Shown here piece after piece: positions 47,751-59,700 of a stretch of 63,875 nt of DNA (position 1 is its first letter; every line of letters starts with the position of its first letter). Where the stretch lies: contig NW_004798223.1 in the NCBI RefSeq assembly GCF_000002075.1, positions 144,676 through 208,550 on the forward strand, read 5' to 3'. The stretch comes from Aplysia californica (Eukaryota). The notes beneath the pieces are model-generated. The model was not told the DNA's origin. It did not search any database and saw only the letters and a list, made by a program, of their open reading frames with translations. The position numbers and the translations under genes were made by a program.

Positions 47751-50700
47751 GTAAGTTGCTTGTATGCTTTCAATAACCAAAAAATTAAAACCTAGGACGA
47801 AAATGATAAAAGAACCCCCTCAAAAATGTTTTTAAATTTTTTATTAAAAGATTTAAAATTAAAGAATCACATTTCAATGTAAGTCTTTGTCAAGTCACTC
47901 TATCAACTTTCTACATTTGGAGTCATAAAATGGATTTCTTGTATCCTTTTTTTTTTAGACAATGCGTTTTTCGGCATTTGCAACACAATAAAATCATATG
48001 TGCCGAAGATTAAAGGTGTTATATGAAAGCAACAAATACAAAAAAGAAAACGGAGAGATAAGGACGATAGATGCACAGGAGCACCTCTTACCACCCATTT
48101 CCTATATTCTTATTAGTTGTTCTTGAATATCTCCAATGTCAAAGATAAGTCAATTAAGTGTTTTACTGATGGATGCAGGATTCAGTTGGAAGGTTTGAAG
48201 GACAAAATTGTCCTGACAGTGGCTTGGTCCTCCAGGTAATTCTGCCTTGTCCATGACATCATAATGATATTGCTGCGTGCGTGTTTGGACAAAACCTAAC
48301 TTGTTTCCCCTGTTTAGTGAAAAGTTACCGTGAGTATGTACCAAAAACCAAATTTACGAAGCAGATGTATGACAAATCTAACTGTTTCATATGAAAGCCT
48401 ATGTCATCCTATGAATTTTGGTACCATTCTTTGACCTCTCTGTTAGGGTAGAGTCGGGTAACTTCGCCAGTCGGGTAACTTCGCCACCCCCGTTCACCCT
48501 CTCTTAAATAAATTGGAATAACCTATCCTCTCTATTCTAATTAGGCAAACATTTTATGCCAATGAGAAGCAGGGATCCTTGGCTTAATCTATATAACTAA
48601 TCACAGCCTTTGTTACAGTTTTGACGTCACTATCGTGATGTCATACGCGTCTCTTCGTCGTCAGCTCTACAATTCGCATCCCTTTCTATGAATCTTCTTC
48701 ATAGAGCTTACACATCTTAACCCTACTCATTCTGCTTTTAATTCTTATTTGACTGACTATCATCTATATTTTCTATATTCTTCCCTTGATTCCTTTTATT
48801 TAACTGCTCTATTATCTCTATGTAAAGGTCTTTAATAGTTATTTCAATCAATTTAATTATATAAATACCTTTGACTAAGGTTACCTATCGTCGGGTAAAT
48901 TCGCCACGGCCGACGGGTAACTTCGCCAGTACTGTAAAGTTGCAATTATCTTGATCTTTGATCACTAACTTTGTTGTAATCTTTAACAATCATTTCTTTA
49001 TTATTGTGAAATCAATAACTAACATTATTTCACAGTTTACATTTTCCTGAATTGCAAGTTTTTGTTACTAAAATTGCTGTAACCTTTACTAACACTGTTC
49101 CTTACAATTATCTTAAATTTTTGTTACTAACATACATTGTTGTAATATTTACTAGCCTAACACGTGTGTTGTAATATAACATTATTGCATTATTATTTCT
49201 AGTAATTTTGCAAAGTCTAGATCTATATCTACCCATTCACTATGCCAACACTGTCAAAAAATTTGTACGGCAAATATGACAGAGAGAATCTGGTTAAAGC
49301 CATTGATGCAGTTGCCAATGGGATGAGCTGTTCTAGGGCAGCTCGTCAATTCGGCATTCCCAGGAAGACCCTTGCCGATCATGTTTCGGGACGATCCAAG
49401 CTGGAAAGAAGAGCTGGGAGAGAGAGAAGCATCCCCGAAGCCATTGAAAACAAAATAGTAGATAAGGTCATCGCTGCTGCGGCTGCTGGATTCCCTATCA
49501 CCAAGCAGCAATATTTACTGAAAGTAGGATCAGTTGTCAGCAAGCTGCACCTGAAGACCCCCTTTACAAATGGAGTTCCTGGAAAGGATTACTGGTTGCA
49601 GCTAAAGAAAAGGCGACCTGATATTGCAATTCGCACTCTGGAGAACTGCTCATCGAGCAGATTAGCTATGATGAAAAGGGACGTGGTTGACAGATATTTT
49701 GGAGATCTGCACAAGACCATAACTGAGTTGGGATTACGAGAGAAGCCAGCACAGATCTGGAACTGCGATGAAACGGGCCTCACATTCTGCCCGGATGCTT
49801 CAAAGGTTCTGGCTGCAAAAGGAGCCTGGAATGTAGTGACCAGGTGCAGTCCGTCCAAAGACAACATTACCACCTTGGTATGTGTTAACACCGCAGGTTC
49901 TGCCATGCCCCCTATGCCCCCTATGTGCGTCGTCAAGGGAAAAACGAACAGGGGTGCAATGGTTTCAGCAAGTTTTCCTCCCCAACTGCGGAGACTCAAG
50001 GCCTCAATTGTTGATCCTAGACTCACACCACAGCCATGAGGTCCTGGAACTTCTCGAGATGGCGAAGGAACAGTTGGTCCATGTTTTGGCTCTCCCCCCT
50101 CACACCACACATATGCTCCAACCTCTGGACCGGGTGGTATTTAAACCATTTAAGACAGCCTACAGACGCCACTGCACAGAATTTTTAACTGCCAATCTAG
50201 GGAAAATCATAAATAAAGTGACATGGCCAAGCCTTCTTTCCAAAACCTGGATGTCAACTTTGAAGCCAGAGTTGATACAAAAGGATTTTGAATCCACCCT
50301 GTAGATAGGACAAGAATACCTGAATCGGCTTTCTTGCCAGGAGATGCTTATAGGGCTGCAGTTGCAACAGCATCATTGTCATCAACAGAATCTGAACCTG
50401 CAGTTGCAACAGCATCATCGTCATCAACAGAATCTGAACCTGATCTGAACCTGCAGCAACGCCAACACCATGTCCCATGGAAGTGGAAGAGCAAACTATT
50501 GATGATGTTGGGGACGTCTTGACGATATCAATGGATGAAATAGGAAATCTTGATTTCTTCAACTTCACCGTTAACGTCGAAGGAGAAGATGTCCACATTG
50601 ATGATATTGTCAATGAATCATCACCAACCGTCACCGACACTCAGCCAGAAACCAACCCAACTCAACTCCCGGAGGCAAACTACTGGAACCAAACCGTGAA

Positions 50701-53700
50701 TGAAATTTTTGGCATTGCTTCCCAGTCCCCAGGAAACACAACCACTCGGAAATCAAGAGCGATTCCATCGCACAGACTATTAACATCTGAACAGGTGCTC
50801 CAGGAGAAACGAGAGGCAGCAGAAAAAAAGGAAAGGAAAGAAAAAGAAAAGAGAGAGAGGAAGGAGAAAGCACTTCAGAAGAAGATTGAAAAGGCTACTA
50901 AAAATGCTGATAAATAGACAGATTAGCCTATCTGATGATGATGTTAAGAAAATATTCTTATTTTGTGATCTCCTGTATCTAAGGGCTTAAAAAATTGTTC
51001 CATTCTTATTTGACTTAATAAAAAAACCAAAAAACCCCCACAAAAACCCCCCCAAAAAACAACAACCAGGAAACAAATGAAAAAGCAACACAAAAACAAG
51101 AGATAAAATGGCATTAAGGGGTGGCGAATTTACCCGATCGGGGTGGCGAATTTACCCGATCGGGGTGGCGAATTTACCCCCAGGCTGGCGAATTTACCGG
51201 CCATGACCTACCCTAATAAAAAATGCGATATCTTTACAGTACGAAGGCAAAGCGTTTAAAAGGAAGGCAGAGGGGGCATTTTGATTGGCCAATATAAGGC
51301 CTATGTGTGTTTCGTCCGTGTCAAATGAATTGACTGCATCACACAGAGATTCTTCACCGTCAGTGAGCGAAGGTGGCGAAGTTACCCGACTCTACCCTAC
51401 TTTCAATGAAAATTGCAGCCATTTTAATTAAATCAAAATATTGAAAAAAAAATTATGCTAATTGAAATTGGCTGAACCCCATTTTTGACAGATAGTTAAA
51501 CAGTACATTGGAGTCCACTTATAACGAGTACTGAAAAAGCAAGAAGTCTGTTATAAAGGCACTATTCTAAAACCCCGTTTTTTCCCTTCCTTTACCTTTG
51601 TAAATAGAATACGGCTCACGGCATCACTTTTTGCCCGATTCTGTTACCTTTAGTTAACGTGACTCGGCAGCCCGCCGGAGCTCCCCGGCTCGGGGTCACA
51701 GGGTTAATGAGCCCTGAAGCGACTTTGCCGGTGTCGGTTAGGAAGTTCGCATTTTTTACTATGTTTAAAACGATAACTTCTTCCCCATCCCACACAGCAA
51801 ACCATTAGGCGGATGTACTAAAAGCTCAATGTGTTCTAGACAAGTGTTTGTAGAGTACCTAATTTGTCACATTTTAGTTACAAACTTATGAATAAATGAC
51901 TGTTAATTAAAAAAAGGGCATGACAGATTTGTCCAAAATCTGTGTTAAACTGACTATGAATATCATGTCTTTTACCATGGGAAATCTTAAATCTGCGCGA
52001 GTAGTAATAGTCAAGTTATAAGAGAAGAAAGATGCATATCTGCATTTTTTAATTAAAGACGATCAGCGTTAGCTCTCAAAAATGCAGATTTTTCATTACT
52101 TCAACAGTAACTCGGAGCCCTGTCCCAGCTGGCACTTACACTGTCACCCACATCAAACAGTTCGGCTATATACTGTAGTGAAGAGTACTGAGGCTCCCCA
52201 TGTCAGGGTCATATACATACTTTCAGAGTTTCTCAGAACAGTCAGTAAAAAATAATCCCAAGTTGACCACTTAATTCCAGTAGAAAATGAACTGATCTCT
52301 CTGTTGACACCTTTTGTGAGCTGGTGTTTTACATATTTTATGGAGAAAAAAAATGATCTTTGAAAACTTGAACACTCTCTTCAAAGGATTCTTTTTAAAC
52401 CCCAAAGGCTGATGATATATACCACTGGATATGTCATTCAAAGCTCTATAGCTCTCTGCCAGTGAAAAGAGGATATTCAATCATTAATCATTATCCAGCT
52501 CCAGATACACAAACATACAAAAACACACCATTCTAATGAGGAAAAGCTGAACTTTTTTGTGGTGTACAACATTTGGTGTTTTACAGTGATAGAACAAGGA
52601 AACGGTGATCTGGATTACTACCTTACACCGATTTCACCTGAAGTACCCTCTAGAAGGCCACAGGTTGGCTTACCCAGTGTTCAAACTACCTACTATGAGT
52701 CAATAGAAGATACCGCTTTTCCAGACTTAGTTCTATAATGCCCTGAATAAGGCAAAAATCGTCTTCCTTTGAGATATTTTTTTATTCCTACGATTTGCTT
52801 TTCATTCGGGTAACTAGGTCTTTTATGTAAAAAGTAGGAGACAAACTGAAGTTGTACTGAAATTAACTGAAAAATAGCAGGCAAGTTAGATGTGTATGTA
52901 TGGAAATGAAATGATTCATAGTTTAATAGATTTTCTCCCACTGAACCATAGTGAATGAGGATAGAAATCTAATGTATTTGATCACCTTTGCACTGTGGTT
53001 AAAAGGATTTTAAAAATATTTTTTACAGTGAGTATATTATTTTGAAATAAATGGGAGGTCTGACTAAATAAAAAGTGGGAGGTCTAATTAATTAAAAAGT
53101 GGGAAATACATTTTTTGGGGAGAAATTTCTGGAGTGCGGAGAAGTATGCAATGTTCCTTTTCTTCAGAGGAAGGGTTGCCTTGCTGCTGTGTCTTCATGT
53201 CATCCTTTTGGTATCTTTTAAATTCATATTTCTTTTGTACTATGAGCTCTAGATCTGAAATTCTAACTACACCACAGTGTCATTTCTTATATATGAGGAG
53301 AAAAACAAAACAAAATCAAAGCTGCAAAAGAGCCTATTCAAAACTAATTGTTTCCAGCTTGTTTGTAGTGCGGGCCATTCTCAAAATTAGTCAAATGTTT
53401 TTGAGTTTTAAAAAAATAAATAAAAAATATATATATATTTATCTTCACAGATGCAATGGATCAGCGTTATGATTGTGTTAGCAATGGCATACAAGACGTG
53501 CCAAGGGGTCAAACAACATACTTACGAGGCCGCAGTGGGAGTGGAACAGGAGGTACAGAGCTCAACTGTTTGCTGCAGTTCGCACCCCAGACCAAAGGCG
53601 ACACCTTGAGAGTGTGGTTTGAACCTGGAGCTTTTATGGATGACTGCAAAGTTGAATTACAAGTGGAGTTGAGCAATGCAGGGGTGAGTGGAGATTTGCA

Positions 53701-56700
53701 TTTGGGTTTTTCTTTCTCTTCATATATAATAGCTTTTCATTATATTTGTGTTCTGTAAAATCTTTCCCATAGTCTAAGTAGTTGACTTTCATTGCTGTCT
53801 CTACATCTTCGTCTAAATAAGTGTTGGTAATTATGTTAGTTTTTTTCTATTGGGTTTCAAGAACCCTTACCATTCAGGCATCCACTTTCCACAGTGATAC
53901 TTATGATAATTTCAAATTTCTGTAATTATTAAATAAAAGCTACTCAGAAATCAGCATGTACCATCCTGAAAGGCAGTGGAGATGACTGAATTTCAAGTGC
54001 TTCCTATTTGTAAATTCAACTTCATGTTGGGTTGTGAAGTCTGCTGTCTACTGCTGTTGGTTCCTGACGCCTGGCAGGGGAGCAAAGAAAAAGAAAACTT
54101 TTTACAAGTACTGCTATTCTCAACTGTAGGTAGTGTAAACTTTGGTGATATCATAGCCTGGCTTTTATTTATAGTTTATTTGTTTATTAGTTATTAGCTT
54201 TTGCTTGGTAACACTAACCAATATACTATAAAGCTCTGCATGTATATTATCATAACNNNNNNNNNNNNNNNNNNNNNNNNNNNNNNNNNNNNNNNNNNNN
54301 NNNNNNNNNNNNNNNNNNNNNNNNNNNNNNNNNNNNNNNNNNNNNNNNNNNNNNNNNNNNNNNNNNNNNNNNNNNNNNNNNNNNNNNNCTCCGCCTTAGA
54401 TCTTACCGCTTACGATCCCGGTTCGCTTAAGATCCGGCTGTTTTAAGAAAACAGAATTTTTACAATACAAAAATCACCCCTAAGATCCCACTCTGATCCA
54501 CTCTGAAGGTCTACATTCAGCTAAGATCCCGCATTTCTGATCATGATTTACGGAACAAGCACCCGGGCGGGCACAGCCAATCAACCAAGAGTGAAAAGTT
54601 GAGATCAATGAACTGCCCGTCGCATCAAAGATCAGCCACTCTCGTGAATGTGATCACATATGCGTTGTAAAACTCGATGAAACGGTACAATGTTTGCCCC
54701 AGACAGGATCACAGCGGGGTTTGAAACCTACACGTTTGTTTTCCCTGAACATTGCACTCGTACCTGAGTTTTCCACCTACAAAACTTACATCACTTCACT
54801 CCAGGCGGAATCACATCGTGCTGAGAACTCTTCATTGACCATTGCTGCAGTTTTCTCTATTCCTGAGTTTGCGAGACTGACTGAATTTTAATTTGTGTGG
54901 TCACAACGTAATGGTGGGTAACGACAAAGGCGAGGGAACTTGGTTAGAGAAGGAAAGCTATACATTTTCGACAGGTGAAGGGGAGGATAGGTCATCAAGG
55001 TAAACCACTCTTTGCTCGCCATATGTCATAAACCCACCCAGGGGTCACGTCAGTTCATTTTAGAGTGGAGGGAGACCATTTTACCGATTATGAGCCTTAT
55101 CATGGGTCACCATAAATTCTTCCCTGGGTTCGTCAGCTAAGATGCTATTTTGCCTAAGATCCCGCATATTCCTTGCTTCCGAGCTCCGAGATCTTAGGCG
55201 GAGACTACTGTATAATATATATATTTATATGCATGTATAACAAATGCCTGCATGTTAAGCTAAGCTGTTTTAATTAGGGATGCTGTGGTCTAAAGGCCAG
55301 TTTCTCTTGGTATTGTCATATCATATGATGTGAGTTACTTTCCACTTGACTACAAGTGGCTTCAGAATGTATTACATAATGGAATAAAAGATAAGGAGGA
55401 AGTGGGGGGGGGGGGCAATGGTGTAAAGGAATGACCATTCTGAATCTTGCCAAGCTACTAGAGGTATTTCAAGGGAAAGAGTGAAAAAAGATGAATGTTT
55501 GTATTTTCTTTTCATCTTGCGGCTGTAGTTTAGTTCTGCCACAACTTTGACTCCTCAAGACAGTTGAGTAAGTCCTATAAATATGTCTCACATTTTTATT
55601 ATGCAGCCAGTTCGCAATCGTAAAGTGTATGGGGTGAGTGGCCTTTTCTGACTCACAAACTCTCCTGTGTGTTTATGTCGGCTATTCCATTTGTCTATTA
55701 TTTTCACCCAAAGTGTGCATGCTGAGAGACAAGTCAGTAATACCAATAATAATTGTTGTATGTTCCAGTGTTACTAGTGTTTAAGAAGTGTTTTTTTCTT
55801 ATCTAACTTCATGCTTATGTGTCTTATTTCCTTGCATGTTTTGAACTTGTCGTGTCACCCCCAAGGATTAAAGTGCTAATTCCCGAGTTGCTGTAAATAT
55901 TTTATAATGTGCATATAAATGGGCTGTGTTGAAGTAGTCAGTTTCACTGAAAAGAAAATGTCAGACATTAATGTGTACCAGTAAAGATGAATGATTTGGA
56001 TAAATTGATTTTTAAGACATCTATTTTAGTATTGATACTAGAACATTCTCAAATTTGTAATCATTAAAAAAAATTTCGTGGCTTCTTAATTAGCCTTAAA
56101 ATAACAGGGTCACTTGTTTTTGAGATGATCAGTATGACTCAAGATCCTACTCTTACACACACTGAACTAAAGAGATGCATTTTTATATTCGTGATTAAAA
56201 TTTTTCTGTCATTTGTGGTATATATGAATGAAGAACAATTTTAACTTTCTGAGGGTGACAGTAACAAGATTTAGGAGTCCTGAGACATCTTGTCTTATAT
56301 TCTGTCAGTGGGAATGTCTTCAAATCTGTAGTCTGTGTAAGTAATATGAGATAAGATAACATTTAATTGATCTTCACAAAGAGAAATTTGCTGCGGCATG
56401 GTTAACACACACGCACACACATGCACACACACTTATACCCAGTCATATGAATAGTCAGTGGATGAAACATACAGAAGTTATTTTTGCATAGATAATGACT
56501 GAATAGCCTGTCATTATGATGGGTTGAACTTAGTTTTTATACCTGTTTTTTATTTATTTTTTTTATTTTGTCATTTTCTGTTGTAAAGCTGTGCTTTTTT
56601 CTACTTTGTCAATTTTTTTAAAAACTTTGTATGTTTTATTGTTTGATTTTTATATAAATAACTACTTTCTGTTAACTGAAAACAGCCGTGCAGTCCCGGC

Positions 56701-59700
56701 ATTGAAAAGAATAGGACTGACGTGGTGCTAGCGTGTCGTACGAGGCGACTAAATGACGAAACCCGGTAGTGACTCCCGAAACAGAGTCATCCTGCCTCCA
56801 GGTCGGGGGTTGAGTCACGAGGCTAACAACCTCTCTCATAAAAAGTACTTGTTACAGAAACACATACAAGCAAAAACCATTATCTCTGCTTGGCTAGTCG
56901 TGGATTTTCTCCGAACGGAGAGTTAATGATGCGAAGTAGTGAAAGCCGAAAGGAAGCTGCTGGGCAGAAGCCTCCACCATCATCCAAGTCCAAGTCTCTC
57001 CGGATTGGATCGTGGAATGTTAGGACCCTTTATGAGGCTGGAAAAACTGAAAAGGTCCTCCAAGAAATGCACCGATACCACCTACACATACTGGAAATCA
57101 GCGAGACCCACTTGAACCAGTCTGGACAGAAGCGAATGAAAGAGGGGGAGCTTTTCATTTATTCAGGAAATGACAGTGATGGACCACACAGGGAAGGAGT
57201 AGGGATGATCATAGCCAAAACAGCGCAAAAGACATTTAGGGGCTGGGAAGCGCACGGTCCAAGAATCATCATGGCCTCATTTGGAACTAAGAAAGAACTC
57301 AAGGAAAGGAATAGTAGGGAGAAGGTCATAAACATGAACATTGTACAAGTGTATGCCCCAACCAATGATGCAGAAGTGGAGAATAAAGATGACTTCTACA
57401 ATCACCTACAGAGTGTGATCGACAAACTTCCAGGTAAGGACATCAACATTGTCATGGGAGATCTAAATGCAAAGGTAGGTTCGGACAATAGTCACAACGA
57501 GGAAACCATGGGCAGACACGGATTAGGAGAGGCAAATGACAACGGAGAAAGATTCCAAAACTTCTGTGCATTCAACAACTTGGTTATTGGAGGAACAATC
57601 TTCCCTCATAAAAGAATTCATAAGGCCACTTGGGTCTCCCCGGATGGAACAACGGAAAACCAGATTGATCATTATTGCATTTCCTGAAAGTTTAGACGCT
57701 CACTGGAGGACGTCCGAGTCTTACGAGGAGCAGACGTCGCATCAGATCACCATTTGATCCTTGGAAAGATGAAACTGAAACTGAGAAGGTTTGCACAAAT
57801 CACAACTGGAAGTCGCCGAAAGTATGAAGTGAGCCTTCTGAAAGATCCAGTAAAGAAGAATGAATTCAAGTTGGAACTGAAGAACAGATTCCAAGCCCTT
57901 CAAGATCTGAATGACTGTGAAGTAAACGAACACTGGGACAAGATAAAAGAGGCAGTAAATGCAACCTGCCAGAGCATCCTAGGACCCAAAGTCAACACCA
58001 GGAATGAATGGATTTCACAGGACTCTCTAGACAAAATCAAAAGAAGAAAAGAGCTGAAGACCCAAGTCAGCAACAGTCGTACCCGAACTGAGAAACTTGC
58101 TGCACAACAAGAGTACGCTGAAGTAAACCGGGAGGTAAAGAATTCCATCAAGAAGGACAGGAATACCTACCTGAATGTCCTGGCCGAAAAGGCAGATAAA
58201 GCAGCAACAGACGGGCACTTGCGGATTGTACATCAGACAACAAAGACTCTTTCAGGTAGGTTCAGCAAGCCCACTCTACCAGTGAAAGACAAAGAGGGAA
58301 AGACAATCTTCAACCCAGAGGGGCAACTGAACCGATGAAGAGAACACTTTGATCAACTGTTGAACAGACCACCTCCAGAAAACCAACCAGAAATTCTTCC
58401 AGCCCGAAATGATCTCCCAATCGCTACGGAACCACCTTCAAGAGAGGAAATTGCTGCAGCTATAACAGCACTGAAGTTCCACAAGGCAGCTGGTCCGGAC
58501 CATATACCACCGGAAGCCTTAAGGCAGACAAAGACACATCAGTGGAAATTTTCTATGCTCTATTCGAAAAGGTTTGGCAAGAAGAGGAAATACCGTCAGA
58601 CTGGAAGGAAGGCCACCTAATCAAGCTGCCAAAGAAGGGAGACCTCAGCAATTGTAACAGCTACAGAGGCATAACACTCTTGTCCATACCTGGGAAAGTC
58701 TTTAATAGGATACTCCTGGAGAGAATCAAGCTGGCAACAGATGAGAAGCTCAGAGGAAACTAGGCAGGATTCCACAAGAACCGATCATGTGTGGACCAGA
58801 TCGCTACCTTGCACATCATTGCTGAGCAATTGCTTGAATGGAATTCACCACTAGTGGTCAACTTCATTGATTATGAAAAGGCATTTGACAGCGTGGACAG
58901 GGAAACTCTGTGGAAACTCATGCGGCATTACGGAATACCTGACAAAATCGTCAAGCTATGATGGAACAAACTGCCAAGTCTTCCACGAAGGACAACTCTC
59001 AGAACCATTCCAGGTGCAGACAGGAGTGCGACAAAGATGCCTGCTCTCACCTTTTCTCTTCATACTTGCAATTGACTGGATCATGCAGGAAGCCACCAGA
59101 GGCAAGCGAAATGGAATACAGTGGATCCCTTGGCAGCAGCTGGACGACTTGGACTTCGCCGACGACCTTGCACTGCTCTCTCACACACATACTCAGATGC
59201 AAGAAAAGACCAAGGAACTCAACAGCCTATCAAGGAGTGTTGGCCTACGTATTCACCCGGGCAAGTCGAAAGTATTGAAGCTAGGTAAAGTGTCAAGCCC
59301 TGCTGTGACAGTGGAAGACCATCCCCTAGAAGAAGTGGACTCCTTTACCTAGGAAGTGTCATCGATGGTAAAGGTGGAACTGAGGCAGATATAAAAGCAA
59401 GAACCGCCAAGGCAAAGTCAGCTTTCAAGCAATTATCAAATGTCTGGAAAGCAAGCAACATCTCACTGCACATCAAGATTCGACTCTTTAATTCCAATGT
59501 CAAGTCTGTGCTCCTCTACAGCTGCGAAACTTGGAAGACAACAAAGACAGTGCTGAATAAAGTCCAGACTTTCATCAACAAGATGTACATGTATGAGGAG
59601 TATCCTAAGAATTTAGTGGCAGGATAGAATAAGAAATGAAGAGCTATGAGATAGGACAGGACAAAAGGATATAGAAGTAGAAATAGGACTAAGAAAGTGG

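Noticed and set aside
49589-50873. Antisense ORFs over the transposase
   Set aside because: Shadow ORFs of coding sequence
56683-56765. HDV-like or hammerhead fold in RTE leader (CTAA, CTGACG, GAAA)
   Set aside because: No P3/L3 with the P1.1 CC for HDV; hammerhead stem II does not close and GAAA is not kept in the second copy
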